A stretch of DNA of 63,390 nucleotides, counting the filler, from Octopus bimaculoides (lineage: Eukaryota): NCBI RefSeq assembly GCF_001194135.2. It is 9 parts of 8 records of this genome, joined end to end, with 100 filler letters (N's around TTAATTAATTAA, not from the genome) between each part and the next. Parts side by side here need not be neighbours in the genome. Positions count along the whole stretch, not along the records: positions 42,801 to 54,201 come from NC_068992.1; positions 54,302 to 62,278 come from NC_068983.1; positions 62,379 to 63,390 come from NW_026419594.1; 6 more parts are not named here. One strand, 5' to 3'. A model generated the notes under the pieces. That model was given only the letters and a program-made list of their open reading frames with translations, did no database searches and was not told the origin of the DNA. Shown piece after piece: positions 53,271-63,390 of the stretch. How positions within the stretch are numbered: position 1 is the first letter of the stretch; each line of letters begins with the position of its first letter. Position numbers and translations under genes: made by a program.

Positions 53271-53415
53271 GGAGTTAAACGCAGGTGTTATTCAAATTCT
53301 TTTACTTCCGACACACGTTTCGGAGATATTACTTGCATTATTCCAAAGGAATAAAATGGTGTAAAACAATGTAATCCTCTCTTTAAAGAAATGAAGAAAT
53401 GAAACTCGTCAATAA
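53271..53415 (-). mobile_element. Second copy of the PLE pLTR; hammerhead core decayed
   Basis: Aligns with 44669-44815. CUGAAGA has become UUAAAGA; GAAAC-GUGU-GUC and stem I are largely retained. Confidence 0.8.
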
Positions 53416-54301
53416 GACAATTGTTAACAAGTGAAATATGTTTTATATTATATCATATTATATTATATTATATTATATTATATAACATTATATTATATAA
53501 AATAAGAGCAGAAAAATTACATCAAAAAATTATCATTTGCGTAAAATACAACATCTCCCAGTTTTATATATACAAATATAAAAGGCAAAAATTTTACAAC
53601 TTTTATTTTCTGCATTTACGGATTATACATTGAAGAGAACTGAATCATGTGATTTATATTACACACAGCCATTATGGGTTACCGCAGAGGATTGTTACCA
53701 CGGATGTAAATTTTCTTCAAAATTTTTAGCATAAGATTGTACCAACGCATATGTACGCCAGTAACTTTTAGACAACATCTATAAACAACATCTTTTTCAT
53801 TTATTTTTAAATAACATTCGATTGACTACACGGAAATTCATCCTCTTTCTCTCAGATCAGTGGATACATTACCTAATAATGGTTATCAATTTTAGATTAC
53901 ATTTCTATGGGTAATACAACCAGGAAACGATCGTAAGATATTTTAAACTTTTAAACTTTATATATAGTCATGCTTTATATATTTATACATGTATCTATTG
54001 ATACAATATTATTTTGGACGTATATCTTCGGTGATGATTTTTTGATGTAATTTTCCTGCTCTTATTTCATAATATAATATATAATCGGTCTTATTAAATG
54101 TCTAAATACCTTTAATGTTTTAGACATTTCCCTACCGAGAGCACTTATTAGAAATTCAGTATATTGTATTCTCCTTTAATATATTTAGTTAACGATATAT
54201 ANNNNNNNNNNNNNNNNNNNNNNNNNNNNNNNNNNNNNNNNNNNNTTAATTAATTAANNNNNNNNNNNNNNNNNNNNNNNNNNNNNNNNNNNNNNNNNNN
54301 N

Positions 54302-54351
<50 letters not shown>

Positions 54352-54365
54352 AATCTATAACATAT

Positions 54366-54721
54366 ATATGAATTCGTGTGTTGAAACAGATGTTGCATTT
54401 GGGAATGATCAATTTGCTAGTTTCGCCATGAAAATACATGAACTATATATTTGGTCTTCATTTGCTTCAGTTTCATTTTATATTACTTGGATTTCGGCCA
54501 GAGTTCTTTCGTTGATGGCTGATCATCAGCAAGGAAAGACACGCAAAAGAGAAAGAAGAAAGCAATGGACCACTGATGAGGTCACGGAAGTGTGACAAAA
54601 AACTCTTACCGAAATACGATTAATACAAAATAAAGCTGAAGCAAATGAACACCAAATATATAGTGCGTGTGTTTGTATTGACTAAACTGGCCACATGACT
54701 ATCCTTGAATACAACAATATA
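54366..54721. mobile_element. Palindromic non-autonomous element with arms of about 120 bp, in (TA)n; PLE-pLTR-like or MITE
   Basis: 54390-54511 is the imperfect reverse complement of 54597-54721. The centre has CTGATGA on both strands, each followed outward by CCGAAAT. Confidence 0.65.
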
Positions 54722-54723
54722 TT

Positions 54724-54785
<62 letters not shown>

Positions 54786-57700
54786 TTGTGTGCCTGTGTG
54801 TGTTTGTGTGTGTGTCTGTATGTGTATGTATATTTGTATGTATGTATGTATGCATGTATGCATGTATGTATATATGTATATGGCACCGTGTTGGTAATAC
54901 TTGAATCTCTTACCTCCAGAAAAGCATTATAGAACCTCTGTGAGATTGACGTGATTCGAAGTTAAAGTCGTCCGTAGCTGAAATATAGCAAAAAATTATT
55001 TTCCGTACGTTACATTATCCCTTTCAATAACAGTAGCTACGTCTACTAGGAAAACACCCTGTCGACACGAATGCACTAAATCGAATTCAACATGGGTCTA
55101 CCGGCAGTATGCGTCGTATCGGTATATAAATATAAACAGAAAGCAAAACAAAGCAAAACACGATACCTACACTGGTCACACTTGTTATTCCTCACATAGA
55201 GGAATAACGATCTTTATAACTGCAACTTCATCAAGATATAATACTGAAAAGACGGAACATTAAAGAAACTACTAACATTAAAGGTTTGTTATTGTTTATA
55301 TCTCTCAACCCGCTAAACGTAAGCGCTTTCGAACTAGCTTGCAAGCCAGCCAAAGGTGAGATAAATTGTAAAATTTTTAATATATTTTCCTTTTCTAATG
55401 ACTTATTGTTATACTTATAATAAAAATAATATATTTATATAACATATGCGTATATATCTATATACATATATATATACATACATACATATATNNNNNNNNN
55501 NNNNNNNNNNNNNNNNNNNNNNNNNNNNNNNNNNNNNNNNNNNNNNNNNNNNNNNNNNNNNNNNNNNNNNNNNNNNNNNNNNNNNNNNNNNACGCTTAGA
55601 GGGACTAAATAAGACAAAAACTACCCAAAATAAACACATATTTGTGAGGGAATGCCATTTTCAAAGTTAACCTCCTAAAAACATTTAACTTAACGGCAAA
55701 CCACTGGTTTCATAATTAATACAGCAAAAACTATGTAGTAAGCTGCATCTTTTATTCATAGCTGTATACAGAAATGTTAACATCGGATTAAAAACATTGA
55801 TATGGACATCGGCGTCAAATCTCTTTCTTAAATATATATATATATACACGAAGTATCTATCGACAATTTATTTATTGTAACAATGCATACTCGCGCACAT
55901 GTTCATGTGTGTATATATGTGTCTGTATATATAGGTACATACTCATCCGCGATATTGTCTTTCCCCTCTCCTTGTATCAGAGTTTCCTCAGAGATCCTCT
56001 GTCGCAGCTCTGTTTTGCTCACTCTTTCTCTCTTACCCTGTCTACCTCTGTCCGGTAACCTGTCACCCTCTCTCCCTTTCAAGTTCATCTCCTTCTCTCT
56101 CCTCCCTTCTCTCTCCTCCCTTCTCTGTCCCTCTATTCCGCTCTCTCTCTCCCCTCTTCCTCCATATCTCATAATATATATATATATATATAAACTATAC
56201 ATAAAATATATATATATATAATATATATAATATATGTATATATACATATATATATATANNNNNNNNNNNNNNNNNNNNNNNNNNNNNNNNNNNNNNNNNN
56301 NNNNNNNNNNNNNNNNNNNNNNNNNNNNNNNNNNNNNNNNNNNNNNNNNNNNNNNNNNNNNNNNNNNNNNNNNNNNNNNNNNNNNNNNNNNNNNNNNNNN
56401 NNNNNNNNNNNNNNNNNNNNNNNNNNNNNNNNNNNNNNNNNNNNNNNNNNNNNNNNNNNNNNNNNNNNNNNNNNNNNNNNNNNNNNNNNNNNNNNNNNNN
56501 NNNNNNNNNNNNNNNNNNNNNNNNNNNNNNNNNNNNNNNNNNNNNNNNNNNNNNNNNNNNNNNNNNNNNNNNNNNNNNNNNNNNNNNNNNNNNNNNNNNN
56601 NNNNNNNNNNNNNNNNNNNNNNNNNNNNNNNNNNNNNNNNNNNNNNNNNNNNNNNNNNNNNNNNNNNNNNNNNNNNNNNNNNNNNNNNNNNNNNNNNNNN
56701 NNNNNNNNNNNNNNNNNNNNNNNNNNNNNNNNNNNNNNNNNNNNNNNNNNNNNNNNNNNNNNNNNNNNNNNNNNATATATATATATATTTATAATATACA
56801 CAATATTTATGTATGTATGTATGTATGTATATATTTATATACGTATGCAGGTCCATAAGGAAATCCAGATATCCTCAGCATAGAAGGCACTTATTATTAC
56901 TCAAATGGTTCATACTTAGACTCCGATGTATTCATAGGGGATCAATTTAACGAAAGGCTATAAGGGGGATTTAATTGTGGGGATAAACATATTAGATATA
57001 TTAGATATAATAGTTTGCATATGAAACACAAAATATGTGTATATGTATACATGCAAATCGAGAGAAAGCAACAGGTGGAAACTTTCAGACGATGAATATT
57101 TAAGTACAAATAGATCTAACTTTTAGTGAGTAAAAACGTTTGTACTCTGCCTAAGTTGGAGCTATTAATATAATCATTTTACTACTTCAATTTACAATTG
57201 TTTCATCAAGAATTTATTAGTCAAATTTGCAACATATTGCAATAATTCATGAAACTAATGATTACTGTTCATGTGCTGAATAGCATATGCTGAATACGTC
57301 TTTACAAACCTGCGTACAATATTACATGTTAATCGAACTGATAAATAAAGAAGTAAAATACTGCATATTTACCTACTGAGAAGGATGTGTCCATATGACC
57401 AAATTTACATAACAACCAAAGGAGTGTCAAGAAATGAATTGGTCAAGAGTACGATATTTTGTATAGATGTGTTAACTGATAATATTTCAGTTGGTTGTTA
57501 AATCTGATGCTAGCAACAAGATTTTATAGCCTCTATCCTCATTGTATAGATATCAAGGTTTTATGATCCTATTAGCGGCTTTCCTTTAAGACAGTTACGT
57601 AGATTTGATATCTTGATATTAAGTTGTAGAATTTATCTGTTAAAACGACAAACAACGTTCAACACGATAACATATTCCCACTCACCCGGTCACAGATCTT

Positions 57701-57831
57701 CTCTTTATCTATTTCTTTCAGCCTACACTCATAGCTCCATAAGCTCTAGAAAACATTCCCGACTGTATGAAAATATGGAAGGATGGAATGATCATAGTTT
57801 CAACAAATTTGCTTGTTGCCTATTTCACTAG

Positions 57832-57878
57832 AGATGATTCGGAGCTGAAAATATACGAAAAACATTACTGGACATTGG
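57832..57878 (+). CDS. Candidate small host exon
   Basis: Acceptor TTGCCTATTTCACTAG(AG), perfect donor TGG|GTGAGT. One frame open: DDSELKIYEKHYWTL. No homology recognised. Confidence 0.3.
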
Positions 57879-58668
57879 GTGAGTGTAAAATGGAGATTGC
57901 CATGGTCGATTGACAAAACAGAGAAGACAGTGATACAGCTTTAATCACATCGATCAATTTTTTAAATTGATTACATCAAAGACTATATTGGATAATTGAA
58001 TTATTAAATATTTATTTCCAGGATATATTTGCTACAGTTGAAACGTTTATTACCATTGTAAATCTGAAGCGATATAGAGTTAAACAGCAACTACTATTAC
58101 TGTTACTCGTGAATTGATTAATCTAAAAGGAGTTAATTTCTCGAGACTGAGTGCAGTGTCAATGACTATATTTTAATTGTAAATTTATCAACTCAGGCAG
58201 ATGAATCTCAGATCATTGTCAAAAAGAAAGTAAGCTTCTTGACTTATTGTGTGAAATGGAAAGTCATTCTTGAATATCAATGACTAAGTCAATGTGAACT
58301 GGACGGCATTTATCCTGAAGAGGCCACAGCAAATTTGTAAACACTTAATACAGTGTTGAGTAAACAGTCAGTAACTGCTGTCAAGAAAAATCAATACACG
58401 AATACTAATAGATGAAAAATCAAGTAACTGCATGCTGAAGTGAATTTCGTTTTCAAGTTATAAAGAGCATACAGTTACTGAATATTTTGTTCTGCAATAT
58501 TTGTTGGCTATATGTAAATACGTATTGTGAAGAAAATTATACTAACAAAATTAGAATGTACAGGTATTCCACAAAATATCCAAACATTGATATAGTCAAC
58601 ATCTATGCGTATCGAAACTAATAGTTTCATAACCATGTAACATTATCTCACACAATCTTCAGACAATG

Positions 58669-59187
58669 TATGAGGTGGTATCAAAAGGCTACGGGACTAG
58701 TTCTGTAGCGCGCCAACAGATGGCAGCACATTGTTGCGTGCGCAATAAGAGCTAGCAGTGACCTTCATGAAGTAGTGTGCTGAAGGACATCGTTGCGTTT
58801 ACTTCGCAAGTTGTGAAATTTGTGTTTTCATGATTAGTGTATACTGTAGTCTGCGATTTTGTCATGAACAAGAAAATGGAACAAAGATCGAACGTGAAAT
58901 TTTGAGTTAAACTTGGGAAGCCTGCTTTAGAGACATTGAGCATGCTTCGGCAAACTTGAGGCGATGAGATACTGAGTCATACGCAATGTTTCGAGTGGCA
59001 TGGGTGCTTCAAATGCGGAAAGACGTCCCTAGAAGACGATGAGCAATCCGGAAGACCTGTCACGTGCGTCACCCCCAGAAATGTGGAAAAACTTCATCAG
59101 CTTGTGCATGAGGATCGCTGGGGGACGATCGTCGACATTGCTCATGCTTTTACTCTGTCGTATGGGTCCATGCAGGCAATGCTGACC
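58669..59187 (+). mobile_element. mariner (DD34D-type) element 5' half: TIR plus HTH region
   Basis: TA followed by TIR-like TGAGGTGGTATCAAAAG. ATG at 58864 gives MNKKMEQRSNVKF*VKLGK.A.ET..ML...W...FK.G..SLEDDEQSGRP..NVEK..LV.EDR. Confidence 0.85.
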
Positions 59188-60105
59188 ATCCGGTTAGCTG
59201 CCTGCATTTCATTGCCAACTTAGCAACATGCATGTGAAATGATGCATCATTACTCATGTAAATTCCCAGATCCGGCACTGACTGTGTCTCTGGTATTTCA
59301 ATCCACCCACATCCAGTGTATTCAATTGGTATTGCATTTTGTTTTGGATGCTGATAGCATAGGACTTGAAACTTTTCAGCATAAACTGCATGCTATTCTT
59401 CTTAGTTCACTAGTATATTTCAACTAACTCACGTTGCAGGTGCATAGCGTCTTCAGGGTTCTGTGTTACCTGTGAGGCTTTTGTATCATCTGCATAACTT
59501 GTGATCGTTGATCTCTGTGTGGCTCAGGGCATATTTGAGAGGGCTATTTTGAACAGTAGTGGTCCTAAAACAGTGCCTTGCGGAACACCACTAGCTATAT
59601 GCGTGTCATTGGAGGGGCTCCATTGGCTACTACTGCTTGAATTCTATCTTTCAGAAAGTAATGTAGACGTTCTCCCAATTTCCCGACTATGCCGTGATCA
59701 CAAATTTTGTTATATATCATTCCATGATTGACTTTATCGAAAACCTTTGCAAATATATTGTCTCCACATTTGAGTGGTTGAACAGCTGTTTCCACACACA
59801 GTCATTGTGTTGTAAGAGCTGAGTCAATCAGCTTCTTCCTGATCGGAAACTATGCTGGATGTCCGTCAGCATGTCATTTTCCTCAAGGAAAGTGATTCGT
59901 TTTCTTCTGACTATTCGTTCCATAACTTTGCTGATGTGCGAGGTCAGAGAGGTAGGTCTGCAGTTTTGGGCCTCTGCTCTGCTACCATCTTTATGTTTGG
60001 GGCATATTTTCCCTTCTTTCACTTTGCTTAGAAGTTTGCCAGATGCAAGGAAGCTCTGGAAGAGAGACTGCGGTGGCCTTGATAAGACTCGCTTACATGA
60101 TTGCT
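59187..60105 (-). mobile_element. CR1-clade LINE RT fragment
   Basis: EGKICPKHKDGSR.EAQNCRPTSLTSHISKVMERIVR..QHSFRSGRS..FAKVFDKVNH..SGVPQGTVLGPLLF..YADDTK..MKCRQLTGW. Confidence 0.9.
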
Positions 60106-61238
60106 AAACATGAAAACAGTTTTTCATAATTTTATGTTAGTTATCGTACTTTACAATATAACAAAACTGTTTTTCATATTTTACCAATGATGGTCTTTTA
60201 TTCTCAGTATAATTTGGTTAGCTTTTATACGGGACCTATGTAGTACATATGTTAACATTAATTAAACTATTGTTTCTCGTATAGTGTGCTTCTCCAAATT
60301 ATACAAATAGAAATGACCTAATTTTGGTCACAAATATATATTCAAAGATATTTTACTCCTTAAATTATTCCTCGTTCCTATAACAACATCAACCGATGTA
60401 CAATATTATATATCAAATATTTTGTTATTTTCAGTTTTACCTCTAAATTTAAATTATGATTATCTCAGATTATTTCAGAATAAGGCGATAACATAACTAA
60501 ATTTCTCTATCATACTTGTTGAGCCAATAAAATGTAATTTCAAATAGTAAGATTCTTTTCTTTGCCAATTCCTATTTTTACTAAGATGTTTTGCGCTTCC
60601 TACATTAATACACCTTAACACTAATACATTTTTTCTATCTGTATGTTTGAATATCAATAATTTAGCTACTTAAGTGATTCCTCCGTTAAATATGTTAAAC
60701 CTAACTTATGCATCTATCATTATAACTATCTATCTGTCTGTTTGTCTGTATATCTGTATAGCTGTCTTTCAATCTATCTGTCCATTCATCTATCTAACCA
60801 CATATGCCTGTGTATCTGTCTGCTTACCTGCTAAACTATCCCTCTGTCTACCTACTGAGCTGTCTATCGATTTCCCTAATCCCCCTTGTGTATATATGTT
60901 TATAAATCAGTCTATTTATTTTCGTTAATTAATGATCTCTGCATTAAACACAACACACAGTAACTATTGCTTTTTCTGATGATGTTACATGTAAAGAATT
61001 TATTCTCTTAAGAATAAATCCTTAAGTAAGTATATATATGCTTTACTTATGAGCTTTGTAATGACTCAGAAATATATGAAACGAGTCCGTTGTTTTTCCT
61101 CTATTGAAATAATTAAAATCAAATATATGTTGATTCATTTCATACCACATTATTTTGTATTAGTTTTTGATACACCCACTACTAAAATTGTTTCTACTAA
61201 ATTAGCTATTGATTCCCAAACGAATAATATTGCTGATA

Positions 61239-61287
61239 TTTGAACTGAGGGTAGGTAGAGTTAACCTCCGCCTACCCTCAGTTCAAA
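61239..61287. repeat. 22-bp hairpin (17 bp perfect) with 5-nt loop
   Basis: TTTGAACTGAGGGTAGGTAGAG-TTAAC-CTCCGCCTACCCTCAGTTCAAA. Confidence 0.9.
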
Positions 61288-61969
61288 ATTTAACTTCTGA
61301 AAATATAACTTCTGAACTACCTTGTTCCGATTTCGATCTCGATGTACATCTTTGGAAATAACTTCATCCAAAACCTGAAAGTGGACCAAGTATTTAGAGT
61401 GCAAGCTGGAGGAGAGAAAATGTGTAGAAGCCAATAAGAGGAACTACTCATTATCGTGTGAAGTAACAGGTTCAATCTGTTATCTTACCTTTTGTAACAG
61501 AACTAGTTAGTGGAGATCACAAAGTTTCTAGCATGGAACCAGGTCTGTTAATTACGAAAATATTCTTCGCTTCTTCAAACTTGTCTTAGAAACTCAGAAA
61601 AAAAACTTACACTCTTCTTCTTCGTTAATTCATATCCAAAAGTGGGAACTTTGGACAGAACTAAATGTCTGAAGAATATCACACATGAAGCTTAATTATA
61701 GTAGATTGACATTTACACTTGATCGCTTACCATTCATAGTAAGTTAATTAATTGCGCAGGGATGTGATGTTGACGTTTTTCTCTTGTATAGCTACCGGTA
61801 ATACACGATCATCATCACCGTAAGATGCGTTATTCAATGATGTCTCTTTCTGTTATTTTAGAAAATAGGAAATCATCAATGGAAGGCATATGTACTATTC
61901 CTGAAGTTTTAGAGGAAATGTCTGTATAAATCAACGATTAGGAAAACCATGTTTTATATATATGTGTGA

Positions 61970-62000
<31 letters not shown>

Positions 62001-62725
62001 CATGCATGCATGTATGCATGCATGTATGTATGTATGTATGTATGTATGTATGCATGTATGTATTTATGTATGTATGTATGTATATATGTATGTATATCGA
62101 AGCACATCTGCAAATCCTTATGCTCGTGTACAGTGAACTACGTGACAAGTAATATATTAAGATACACATTCACGCACATATATGTAAATATATCTATGTG
62201 CATATGTACACAAGCAGTCATACACTTATCTGTGTGTGTGTCTGTGTGAATAAATATATATGTATGCATACGCATATGNNNNNNNNNNNNNNNNNNNNNN
62301 NNNNNNNNNNNNNNNNNNNNNNTTAATTAATTAANNNNNNNNNNNNNNNNNNNNNNNNNNNNNNNNNNNNNNNNNNNNAGAAGAAGAAGAAGAAGAAGAA
62401 GAACAGCAACAACAACAACAACAACAACCACAACAAGAATAATAACAATAATCTAAGTGAATTAATGTGAAATTGTTGCGAATCATGTGTGTATTATATG
62501 TGGCTGTATGAGCAACTGTACCCACTGCTGGAGAGCAAGTTAAATCAGGTGGTAGATAAATTGCTTCAGGTGTGAATCGCTGTTAGAGGTGTCTAATTAA
62601 TGAAGCTATCTACATGCACACGTCGTAGTTGCAGTAGCATGCACCATTGGATGTCATTCTAATGATGTAGCTACTTATGGAAAACTATCCGATCGGCCAC
62701 CATTTAACAACGCGCATTAGCCACA

Positions 62726-62903
62726 TACATACATACATACATACATACATACATACATACACAAACGCATAAATACATATATAGACGCATATATACATGC
62801 ACATATACATACATACACGCACATACATATAGACAAACATATACGCATACATATATACACACATTTTGCTACATATTCATATACATAAGGTTCATTACAT
62901 TAG

Positions 62904-62938
<35 letters not shown>

Positions 62939-62948
62939 NNNNNNNNNN

Positions 62949-62991
<43 letters not shown>

Positions 62992-63390
62992 ACTCTCTTT
63001 CTCTCTCACACACATACACACACAGACACACGCACGTACTCATAGGTACACAGTGTAACACACAGCTACTGACTCGATATTACGTATGCCTTCATACATA
63101 TATAAACATAAATATGCCTATTAAGTAGATATAGACATACAGAGGCATGTCTTCTTAGGTATACACTTACACACACACAATTCCATAGACAAACCGACGT
63201 ATACATGAATACATGCATGCACATACATGCATAGATGCATACACACAAACATACACGCATACATACTACATACATACACACACATAAATACACACATTCC
63301 TGCGTGCGCATACATACATGCATGCATACATACATAATACATACACACACATACATACTTACATAATACATGCATACACATACATACATA
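62726..63390. repeat. (CATA)n, (CT)n and degenerate CA/TA low-complexity tract
   Basis: Read directly. Confidence 0.9.

Noticed and set aside
44669-53415. Two pLTR copies as the ends of one 8.7-kb Penelope element
   Set aside because: The copies are clearly diverged, their upstream flanks differ, and no RT sequence is visible between them (gaps leave some doubt).

Overview
AT-rich, gap-ridden eukaryotic scaffold dominated by microsatellites and interspersed repeats. The SINE/LINE repertoire resembles an octopus (cephalopod) genome; this is an inference from repeat families, not a database result. No intact protein-coding gene is demonstrable, and nearly all long ORFs in the track are microsatellite or N-gap artefacts. 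Supported content: four or more families of tRNA-derived SINEs or LINE-tail repeats; decayed CR1, RTE and RLE-type (R4/Dong-like) LINE fragments; Penelope-like element (PLE) remnants including a GIY-YIG endonuclease; two maT/DD37D and one mariner transposase fragment; and a 1.15-kb TIR element carrying convergent THAP and SAP-SWIM gene remnants. Best leads: (i) a cluster of type I hammerhead ribozyme motifs at 40.8-54.6 kb, two with intact catalytic cores; (ii) the THAP/SAP-SWIM element; (iii) RLE retrotransposons whose junctions sit in (CATA)n or (TAA)n microsatellites; (iv) a CR1 3' tail shared with the commonest SINE; (v) weak candidate host exons on the + strand at 49-58 kb. Boundaries of decayed repeats are approximate.
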